Shown piece by piece: positions 9,291 to 17,125 of a DNA stretch of 30,174 nt. Origin of the DNA: a virus (lineage: Duplodnaviria; Caudoviricetes); the IMG/VR virus record IMGVR_UViG_3300027772_001073, positions 1-30,174 of that record; one strand, 5' to 3'. The translations under genes and the position numbers were made by a program. The notes below the pieces were generated by a model that saw nothing but the letters and a program-made list of their open reading frames with translations, searched no databases and had not been told where the DNA came from. Position 1 is the stretch's first letter. Each line of letters starts with the position of its first letter.

Positions 9291-9374
9291 GATTGTGTAA
9301 ACGATTAAAGGGGCTATCGCGTTATATATATGTAGGATATAAATTTCTACATTAATCAAAAAGGAAACTTTATC

Positions 9375-9581
9375 ATGAAATTGATCGCAACTTTAATCGC
9401 AACCTTGTTTGCCGCTACTGCATTTGCTCAAGCACCTGCCGCTAAAAAAGAAGAAAAGAAAGCTGATGCCAAGCCTGCTGTTACAGCACCAGCTCCAGCA
9501 CCCGCAGTTGTTGCGCCAGCAACGCCTGCCAAAAGTGAGCCTGCTAAGAAAGACGACAAGAAAGAGCCAGCTAAGAAGTAA
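9375..9581 (+). CDS. Small secreted Lys/Ala/Pro-rich protein ending EPAKK
   Basis: Sec signal (..AFA/QA), AAGGA RBS, low-complexity mature region. Confidence 0.8.
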   Translation: MKLIATLIATLFAATAFAQAPAAKKEEKKADAKPAVTAPAPAPAVVAPATPAKSEPAKKDDKKEPAKK

Positions 9582-9762
9582 TCCAAAGGGTCTAGACGAT
9601 AGTGACTACGAAATAAACGACGAAGTCACTTTCGGTCGTAATCGACAAGCAACACAGTTTGGTAAAGTCATTGAAGACGATGAATTATCAGATCATGTAA
9701 AATTTAGATTATGGCTAGCTAGACAAATTGCATTAGCAAAATACAGAGAAGCCCGAACATAA
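9409..9762 (+). CDS. Hypothetical protein overlapping the previous gene in the +1 frame (start uncertain)
   Basis: 9582-9762 encodes protein-like DDSDYEINDEVTFGRNRQ...RLWLARQIALAKYRE and ends in a terminator. Candidate starts (TTG 9409, ATG 9466) lie inside the upstream gene. Confidence 0.5.
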   Translation: MPLLHLLKHLPLKKKKRKLMPSLLLQHQLQHPQLLRQQRLPKVSLLRKTTRKSQLRSNPKGLDDSDYEINDEVTFGRNRQATQFGKVIEDDELSDHVKFRLWLARQIALAKYREART

Positions 9763-9774
9763 TCGGGCTTTTTT
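9749..9774 (+). terminator. Rho-independent terminator
   Basis: AAGCCCGA-acataa-TCGGGCTT followed by a T run. Confidence 0.8.
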
Positions 9775-9804
9775 GTGTAAATAAAATATCAAAAGGAGAT
9801 TGCT

Positions 9805-10065
9805 ATGAAATTATTAGCCGCGTTAGTATTAGGATTATCATTGAGTTTAGCCCAAGCTGGCGAACCAGCAAAGAAGCCAGAAGGCGAAACCAAAGATGTT
9901 AAAGTTGGTGGCAAAACTGTAGAAGCTCGTGTACCAAAGTCTGCTAGCATTGACTGTAAAGTTAAAGAAAATGCTGACAAAACTGAGTGCAAGAAGCAGC
10001 CAAAAGAAATGCCAAAGATTGACAAGCCTGTAGTAGAAAAGAAAGCTGAACCAGCTAAGAAGTAA
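9805..10065 (+). CDS. Small secreted Lys-rich protein with a Cys pair, ending EPAKK
   Basis: Sec signal (..AQA/GE), AAGGAG RBS, DCKVKENADKTEC. Confidence 0.8.
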   Translation: MKLLAALVLGLSLSLAQAGEPAKKPEGETKDVKVGGKTVEARVPKSASIDCKVKENADKTECKKQPKEMPKIDKPVVEKKAEPAKK

Positions 10066-10072
10066 TAACACG

Positions 10073-10115
10073 GCCTGCCCCACTGATGTCATAGACTCAC
10101 GGGCAGGTTTTTTTT
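10073..10115 (+). terminator. Rho-independent terminator (long hairpin)
   Basis: GCCTGCCC...GGGCAGGT stem with an inner TGA.GTC/GACTCA helix, followed by a T run. Confidence 0.75.
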
Positions 10116-10158
10116 GACTGCTCTGTTAAAGAGATAATTAAATAGTCATTAAAGGTTA

Positions 10159-11109
10159 TTGATGGAACAACAATATATTAAACTAGAACACTCTAATCCC
10201 AATCATGAAGATTGGTTTGTAGTCAATTGGTGTTTAGGAAACACTTGTAATTTTGAATGTAGCTACTGCCCCGATGCACTGCATGACGGTTCAAAACGTT
10301 GGCCTGAAACGCAGGTTATTAAAAACTTTATTGCCCGTGTTAAAGATCATTATTTTCATAAAAATATCTATTTTGAATTTACTGGTGGCGAAGTTACTAT
10401 GTATAAAGACTTTACAGAGATTTGTCAGTTCTGTACAGAGATGGGAATTAAAGTAGGATTAATTAGTAATGGCTCACGTACATTAAGATACTGGGAGGAA
10501 AACAAACAGTTCTTTGATCATGTGTGTTTGAGCTTCCACCCAGAGTTTGCAGATGAAAAACACTTTGTAGAAGTTGTTAAACTCCTACACAACGATGTTC
10601 GTACACATGTAAACATCATGATGAGTCCTGCAAAGTTTGATCATTGTTACGCAGTTGCTAATAAGGTTAAAGGCCTGGGCAACATATCAATGGCTCTCCA
10701 GCCACTAATACACGACTTTGGTGATACTCTGTATGATTACACTGATTTTCAAAAGAAGATATTTGATAAACAGCATGAGTTAATTACTAAACATATTAAA
10801 TTCGATCGTACTTTTGATTATTATCGTGGCGCTATGCGTAAGGTCAATGAAGATGGTACTACACAAGTTTCAAGCGCACATCGTTTTATTAGCGAAAAAA
10901 CCAACGACTGGTCAGGATGGAAATGCTACGCCGGAATTGAACAATTAATTGTTGACATGGACGGCACTATTCATCGAGGTTGGTGTAAGGTAGGTGGAAG
11001 TATTGGTCACATAGAAGATGCTAATTTAAATCTTCCAATGGATCCTATTACCTGCAATAAGACCATGTGTCATTGTAACTTTGACATTATGTGTACTAAA
11101 GAAAAGTAA
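10159..11109 (+). CDS. Radical SAM protein with C-terminal SPASM/twitch-like Fe-S domain
   Basis: CNFECSYC, TGGE, SNGSR; C-terminal WKCYAG...GWC...TCNKTMCHC. Confidence 0.9.
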   Translation: MMEQQYIKLEHSNPNHEDWFVVNWCLGNTCNFECSYCPDALHDGSKRWPETQVIKNFIARVKDHYFHKNIYFEFTGGEVTMYKDFTEICQFCTEMGIKVGLISNGSRTLRYWEENKQFFDHVCLSFHPEFADEKHFVEVVKLLHNDVRTHVNIMMSPAKFDHCYAVANKVKGLGNISMALQPLIHDFGDTLYDYTDFQKKIFDKQHELITKHIKFDRTFDYYRGAMRKVNEDGTTQVSSAHRFISEKTNDWSGWKCYAGIEQLIVDMDGTIHRGWCKVGGSIGHIEDANLNLPMDPITCNKTMCHCNFDIMCTKEK

Positions 11110-11110
11110 T

Positions 11111-12520
11111 ATGAAACAGAAAATTATACCTATAGTGGATACTGACGGACACACAGATCCGATGAACACCATTTGTGATCTTAAATGGAACTATCCTATC
11201 TTTAATATGGATCGAGGAGAGTTTCGTAGCTGCTGTAGAACACCGTCTAATAAGGTCACAGAAGAAGACCTTCAAGCTCTAGGTATAGATGCGTTCAGTA
11301 ACACCGACCGAGAAAAGTTAGGTAGGCTAGCATTGATCAAAGGAATTAGAGACAAAGATTGCCAAAGCTGCTGGAATCTAGAAGATCGCGGAGTTAAAAG
11401 CCCAAGACATACTCCAGAACGATTCAACTGGTTCTTACAACAGAAGAATCTTATTCCTAAAAATAAACCATTTAAAGAAGAAGAATTAGCAGAGTACTTG
11501 GCATCTGTTAGAGGATTAGATCATCCTGCACTAACATCTACATCTCCATACATGTTAGAAATTAGTTTAGGTAATACGTGTGATTTAAAATGTATGTATT
11601 GCAGTCATCATTACTCAACACAGTGGGCTACCGAACGTATTAAGTACGGCGAGATCACCCAGGAACAATACGACAGAGAATTTCCCAAAGCGGCTCCTAG
11701 CTTTGACGCTAAATTCTGGGAATGGTTCAATCAAATTGGCAGATATCATTTGCACAGATTAGGCATCATTGGTGGTGAACCCTTGATCATGCCTGAGTTC
11801 TACACATTTGTGGACAAGTTAATTGCTAGCGTTGACGAAATTGCAGATCGACGAAAAGAAAAGATGACTTTTTGGATTGTAACTAACTTAAACACACCCC
11901 CTAACTATTTAGAAAAACTGTTCAATTATCTTCCTAAACTTACAGAAGTGTTCAAGGTAGAAGTGCTGGTCAGTATGGAAAGTATCGGCGAACGAGCAGA
12001 ATATATTCGCAATGGAGTTAACTGGAATAAGTTTACTGGTAACTTAGATAAATTGTTATCTAGGTCTGATTTGAAGTTTGACTTTGGGTTTATTATGAGT
12101 CTCAATGCGCTCAATATAACTAGTATAAAGAGTTTTATAGAATTTACTGAAAACTTATATGTAAAATATCAAAGACCTGTTGCCCTTAAACAAAATATTA
12201 TCAGCTTTCCTAGCTGGCAAAGTCCTATGATTCTAACTCCGGACTTTGCAGATCATCTAGATTACGCTGTCGAATACATGAAAACTAATGTAAGCAAGAT
12301 GCCTGTTGTAAGTGACTATTACGGTCGTTACGATCAGTACATTATATATTTAGAAAATTTATCTAACAGTATTCGCAATAACACTGGCAACTACGACGAA
12401 GATCGTAAAAAATTTGTTCCGTGGTTTAACACCTATGACGAAAGGCGCAAACTTAACTTCTCAGAAGTGTTTCCAGAATATAAAGAATTTTTTGATTTAT
12501 GTAAGGATTTAAATGGATAA
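11111..12520 (+). CDS. Radical SAM protein with N-terminal twitch-like domain
   Basis: Start re-called at ATG 11111 (MKQKIIP). CDLKW..RSCC..CQSCW, then CDLKCMYC and IGGEP. Confidence 0.9.
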   Translation: MKQKIIPIVDTDGHTDPMNTICDLKWNYPIFNMDRGEFRSCCRTPSNKVTEEDLQALGIDAFSNTDREKLGRLALIKGIRDKDCQSCWNLEDRGVKSPRHTPERFNWFLQQKNLIPKNKPFKEEELAEYLASVRGLDHPALTSTSPYMLEISLGNTCDLKCMYCSHHYSTQWATERIKYGEITQEQYDREFPKAAPSFDAKFWEWFNQIGRYHLHRLGIIGGEPLIMPEFYTFVDKLIASVDEIADRRKEKMTFWIVTNLNTPPNYLEKLFNYLPKLTEVFKVEVLVSMESIGERAEYIRNGVNWNKFTGNLDKLLSRSDLKFDFGFIMSLNALNITSIKSFIEFTENLYVKYQRPVALKQNIISFPSWQSPMILTPDFADHLDYAVEYMKTNVSKMPVVSDYYGRYDQYIIYLENLSNSIRNNTGNYDEDRKKFVPWFNTYDERRKLNFSEVFPEYKEFFDLCKDLNG

Positions 12521-13943
12521 ACGAATTTTTAAGCCGTTTGTGAACGCAGAGATTATCAAAGGCTACGGTGAATCTACAAGGGTTCCTACAGAGAATAAAA
12601 ACGAGATAGCAAAACTATTAGACAGCGAGTTTGATTTTAAATTAACAGGACTTGCTGACATAGAACATACTGCATTTCCTAAGTTCTTAGAAAACTTAGG
12701 GGCACAAGTTCCTGAAAACTTTTGCCTATATCCATTTATTCATTTACAAGTAGATCCAGATGGTCGTGCTAGACCTTGCTGTAAGTATAAAGTAGGCGAC
12801 AGCGACTGGCAACAAGATGTTCCTAAATTACCAGACGTTAATATAGAAGAACTATGGAATCAACCGGAACTACAGAACCTTCGAGGACAATTTCTACGCA
12901 ACGAAAAACCTACAGGATGTCACGCTTGCTGGGACGAAGAAAAGGCTGGAATGAATAGTATGCGTAAACTATACGACAACGGTGGTAAGAGTCATCCGGT
13001 GTCTACGTTCTTTTCACATATTCCTAGACAATCGCCAAAGAGTCTTGATCTAAAGTTAAGTAATCTTTGTAATTTGAAATGTAGAATTTGTACTCCGTTC
13101 CTAAGCAGTCAGTGGATTAAAGAACACAAAGACTTAGAACTATCTGACTCTAATGTTATTAAAATGTACACAGAAAACTCAAGAGAGAAGTTTAGTGCAG
13201 ACACAAACAATACTAAAATATTAAAAACTTGGGCTAAGAATGTTGATCATTTAGAGTTTTACGGCGGTGAGCCTTTAATGCAACAAGAACACGATACTAT
13301 TTTGGAAATTATCAATGAGTATGGTAATCCCGATATTACTAAAATCTGGTACAATTCTAATGGTACTATTTGTAATGAAAAGTTTTTTGAAATATGGAAA
13401 AATTTTAGAGAAGTTACAATCAGTTTAAGTATCGATGACATTGGTCCTAGGTTTGAATACCAACGTATGAACGCCAAGTGGGACGAAGTACTGGCTAACA
13501 TAGAGAAGTTTAAATTGTTAAGAGAAAAGCACAAAGTAAATTTAATCTTACAAATATACATTACTGTGGGCATACACAATGTTTATTATCTAGATGAAAT
13601 ACTAGAGCAGATGAAAACTAACTTTAAACTGCCTGTAGTGTTTAATCTTGTACATTATCCACATCACTATAGTCTAGTAAACTTTCCAGACTTTGTCAAG
13701 TCACAAATAGAAAACAAACTGCGATCAATTGATACAACAGGTATTGAATTTATTGAGTGGAGTCCTACTATTGATAACATTATCAAATATATGTATGACA
13801 GAGAGTATGATCCTGCTGAACTAGAAAAGTTCTTTACCTATACACAAAAGCACGATACATATAGAAAACAATCGTTTAAAGAAACATTTAGCGAACTATA
13901 TGAAATACTTAAACTATTTGACGATAAAGATATTTTATTATGA
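12513..13943 (+). CDS. Radical SAM protein with N-terminal twitch-like domain
   Basis: FCLYPF..RPCC..CHACW; CNLKCRIC; GGEP. Confidence 0.9.
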   Translation: MDKRIFKPFVNAEIIKGYGESTRVPTENKNEIAKLLDSEFDFKLTGLADIEHTAFPKFLENLGAQVPENFCLYPFIHLQVDPDGRARPCCKYKVGDSDWQQDVPKLPDVNIEELWNQPELQNLRGQFLRNEKPTGCHACWDEEKAGMNSMRKLYDNGGKSHPVSTFFSHIPRQSPKSLDLKLSNLCNLKCRICTPFLSSQWIKEHKDLELSDSNVIKMYTENSREKFSADTNNTKILKTWAKNVDHLEFYGGEPLMQQEHDTILEIINEYGNPDITKIWYNSNGTICNEKFFEIWKNFREVTISLSIDDIGPRFEYQRMNAKWDEVLANIEKFKLLREKHKVNLILQIYITVGIHNVYYLDEILEQMKTNFKLPVVFNLVHYPHHYSLVNFPDFVKSQIENKLRSIDTTGIEFIEWSPTIDNIIKYMYDREYDPAELEKFFTYTQKHDTYRKQSFKETFSELYEILKLFDDKDILL

Positions 13944-15121
13944 CACAAGTATTGCCCGATAGTTTTTGTACACTTCCGTGGATTAATTTATCTACTGATG
14001 TAAATGGATCACTGCGTCCTTGCTGTAAATTCGCACAACCAGATCCTGGTAATGAATATCAACTACCTAATATGAAAGAAGGCAGTTTAGATGTCTTATG
14101 GAATGACGTTAAATTTCAAAATTTAAGACAGGCATTCTTAGATGGTAAGAAGCCTAAAGAATGTCAAAGTTGTTGGAACGAAGAGGCCGCAGGGGTTTCT
14201 AGTTTTAGACTACAGTTTGCCAAAGATAAACACATCGATACAAGTCAAATAAAGTTTACTCCTGTAGCATCTAGTGGTCCTAGAGCATTAGATCTAAAGT
14301 TAAACAATGTATGTAATTTAAAATGTAGAATATGCGGCCCACAAGCCAGTTCTACATTTTTAAAAGAACACCAAGAACAATTTAATATAAAGATTGAGGA
14401 TGGTGCCTACTGGATTTCAAACAAGATATTAGGAACTACTAACGAAGAAGTTATCAACGCTTGGTCAAAAGAATTAAAGCACATTGAGATAACAGGTGGC
14501 GAGCCCATGGCATCGCCCGAAAACATCAAGATACTTGAATTGATTATTAAAAATGATTGTGCTAAAGATATTACGGTGTTGCTCAATACTAACGGCACGC
14601 TATACAACAAAAAGTTTATAGATTTGCTAAAACAATTTAAAAATGTTACACTGTGTATATCTATTGATGACTTGGAACATAGACTAGAGTATGAGAGATA
14701 TCCAACTGAGTGGAATACTATATTGGAAAACATTGCTAAGTTTAAAGAATTAGCAAGTACAAATAAGAATATATGGTTAACATTGTGTCCTACTGTAAGT
14801 ATATTCAATGTGTATTATTTGCCAGAATACTTAGCGTGGGCAAAGAGTACAGGCATTTGGATTTATTTTAATATCCTACACTACAATCCGTGTTATAGTA
14901 TTAAGAATCTACCTCCCATGTTAAAGGAGATAGTGTTAACTAGAATTCCTCATAAAGAGTTTGGTGAGATACGTAATTTCCTAAACTTAGATTGTGAGGA
15001 TGATAAACTAATTTATGAATTTATTGAAAATACAAAATCCTTCGATTCTATTAGAGGACAATCATTTAATGATACATTTGGAATCTGGGGCGAACTAATT
15101 ACAGGGTATGCTGATGAATAA
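13940..15121 (+). CDS. Radical SAM protein with N-terminal twitch-like domain
   Basis: FCTLPW..RPCC..CQSCW; CNLKCRIC; TGGEP; TNGT. Confidence 0.9.
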   Translation: MTQVLPDSFCTLPWINLSTDVNGSLRPCCKFAQPDPGNEYQLPNMKEGSLDVLWNDVKFQNLRQAFLDGKKPKECQSCWNEEAAGVSSFRLQFAKDKHIDTSQIKFTPVASSGPRALDLKLNNVCNLKCRICGPQASSTFLKEHQEQFNIKIEDGAYWISNKILGTTNEEVINAWSKELKHIEITGGEPMASPENIKILELIIKNDCAKDITVLLNTNGTLYNKKFIDLLKQFKNVTLCISIDDLEHRLEYERYPTEWNTILENIAKFKELASTNKNIWLTLCPTVSIFNVYYLPEYLAWAKSTGIWIYFNILHYNPCYSIKNLPPMLKEIVLTRIPHKEFGEIRNFLNLDCEDDKLIYEFIENTKSFDSIRGQSFNDTFGIWGELITGYADE

Positions 15122-16265
15122 GTTATCACAAGAACAAATCTTAAAGTACAATGTCAAACGAGCAGAGTTTGACAAGAATCGTAGTATTAATACTACCAGT
15201 CCATGTGTTGCTCCGTTCAATAACATGTATTTTACAACAGAAGGTAGAGTAGCACCTTGCTGGTTGTTAGTAGGTCACTTAGACACATGGACAACCGAAC
15301 GATCTATAAAAGACATATGGGTTGGTGAAGCGTTTACAAAATATAGAAACAATCTAACAAACGGTATATTTGAAAAAGACTGCCGTGTATGCAAACAAAA
15401 GATTGAAGCAGACACCTGGCCGTTAGCGTTAGCATACGACGGCTTTAGTGTTAAAGAATATCCTACGTTATTAGAGTTAGAACTTAGTAACCAATGTAAC
15501 CTTGAGTGCGTTATGTGCGAAGGCCGTCTAAGTTCTGGCATAAGAAAGAACAGAGATAACCTTCCGCCAATGCCAATGATCTACGATGATTCGTTTGTTG
15601 AACAATTAAAAGAATTTATTCCACACTTGGAAGAATTGCGATTTAACGGTGGTGAGCCATTTGCACAAAAGATAGTTTATGATATCTGTATGGTTGTTGC
15701 TGAACTGAATCCGTCTTTGCGTATTAATATTGCTACTAATGGAACAGTATATAATAAACAAGTTCAACGCATTATGGATAGATGTAATCTTCATTTAAAC
15801 ATCAGTATTGATAGTTTAGAAAAAGAAAACTACGAAGCTATTAGGATTAACGGAGACTTTGATATACTAATGACAAACTTTCAGCGATTTAGAGATTATT
15901 GTAATTCAAACAATAGAGGACTAAGTGTGATGGTTAACCCTATGCGTAATAATTGGTGGGAAATGCCTAACTTTGTAGAATTTGCTACAAATAATAAAGT
16001 ACACCTTTGGTATAATACAATACACCATCCTGATCATTTAAGCATATGGAGTTTACCTAGCAGTGACCTCAGTGTAATTGTACAAACACTTGAGTCAGAG
16101 GTTGAACGCTTAAAACCTGATCCATTAACAGATAATTTTACAGCACTTGGCAATTGGGAAAAACTAGACCATTTTGTAAATAAACAAATTAGCAATTGGT
16201 ACAACAAACAAATAGAAAGAGAACAAGAAACAAGTAAAAAAGTTATAGAGATAAAAATGGCATGA
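15108..16265 (+). CDS. Radical SAM protein with N-terminal twitch-like domain
   Basis: CVAPF..APCW..CRVC; CNLECVMC; NGGEP; TNGT. Confidence 0.9.
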   Translation: MLMNKLSQEQILKYNVKRAEFDKNRSINTTSPCVAPFNNMYFTTEGRVAPCWLLVGHLDTWTTERSIKDIWVGEAFTKYRNNLTNGIFEKDCRVCKQKIEADTWPLALAYDGFSVKEYPTLLELELSNQCNLECVMCEGRLSSGIRKNRDNLPPMPMIYDDSFVEQLKEFIPHLEELRFNGGEPFAQKIVYDICMVVAELNPSLRINIATNGTVYNKQVQRIMDRCNLHLNISIDSLEKENYEAIRINGDFDILMTNFQRFRDYCNSNNRGLSVMVNPMRNNWWEMPNFVEFATNNKVHLWYNTIHHPDHLSIWSLPSSDLSVIVQTLESEVERLKPDPLTDNFTALGNWEKLDHFVNKQISNWYNKQIEREQETSKKVIEIKMA

Positions 16266-17125
16266 AGAAGAAAATAATTTTTAATGGTTGTAGTTTTATG
16301 GCAGGGGACGAAATTGCCTGGGAACAGTATCGTAAAGAAGTGGGTAATAGATTAACTTGGGATCAGTTTTGTTCAGTTAAACATGCAAAAACTGATGCTG
16401 ACGTAGTATATTGGACTAACTATCAAAACATTTATAAAAGAAATTATAATTTACCTCAATTAGTAATAAATTGTTTAGGACTAAGTGTTGACAATAAAAT
16501 TGATATTTCTACTGATGGAAAAAGTAATGATATGATTTCAATATCTACTATAAATTACATATTAAATATACCTCAGGAGGAACGAAAAAATTACCACGTG
16601 GTAATAGGCTGGACCAGTGTCTACCGAGTCATGAAATATGCAAGCAAATATAAAAATTTTATGAATTTAAATGTTGGTCACTTGGATAAGATAGTAACTG
16701 GTTCTGAAGATTTTATAGAATATATAACCGCAGTAATTATAAATGCAGATAAAGAAGATATTGCAATGAATTACTTTAAAAATGTAATAATGTTAGAGAA
16801 TTTTTTATTAGCAAATAACATAACATACACCTTTTATAGAGCTATAGGCGCCTCTAGTGACTGTACAATGAGAGAACATAGGTTTGATCCTGGTCATATA
16901 ATCGGAGCATTGCCGTTAGATAAAATTTCAAATGGTAATAATTGGATTAAATTTTACAACACTGATACAAATCCAGTGATCGGTGAGTCTTGGACATCAT
17001 TACATTTACATGACCAACCTAATAATTGGATTCGAGATGACAATAGTCATCCAAATGCAGCCATAGTTCTCACATTGGCCGGTATGATAAAAGATAAAAT
17101 ATTAGAACAACAAGTACTAAATTAA
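16262..17125 (+). CDS. SGNH/GDSL-like hydrolase or acyltransferase
   Basis: N-terminal FNGCSF (GDS-like), GKSN, IGWT, C-terminal DNSHPN (DxxH). Confidence 0.65.
   Translation: MKKKIIFNGCSFMAGDEIAWEQYRKEVGNRLTWDQFCSVKHAKTDADVVYWTNYQNIYKRNYNLPQLVINCLGLSVDNKIDISTDGKSNDMISISTINYILNIPQEERKNYHVVIGWTSVYRVMKYASKYKNFMNLNVGHLDKIVTGSEDFIEYITAVIINADKEDIAMNYFKNVIMLENFLLANNITYTFYRAIGASSDCTMREHRFDPGHIIGALPLDKISNGNNWIKFYNTDTNPVIGESWTSLHLHDQPNNWIRDDNSHPNAAIVLTLAGMIKDKILEQQVLN

Noticed and set aside
10073-10115. Hammerhead ribozyme (CTGATG) within the hairpin
   Set aside because: No CUGANGA/GAAA core; the T run fits a terminator.
10159-16265. Assigning the radical SAM genes as moaA, pqqE, queE or nrdG
   Set aside because: Partner genes are absent and the domain order differs, so no specific symbol is supportable.
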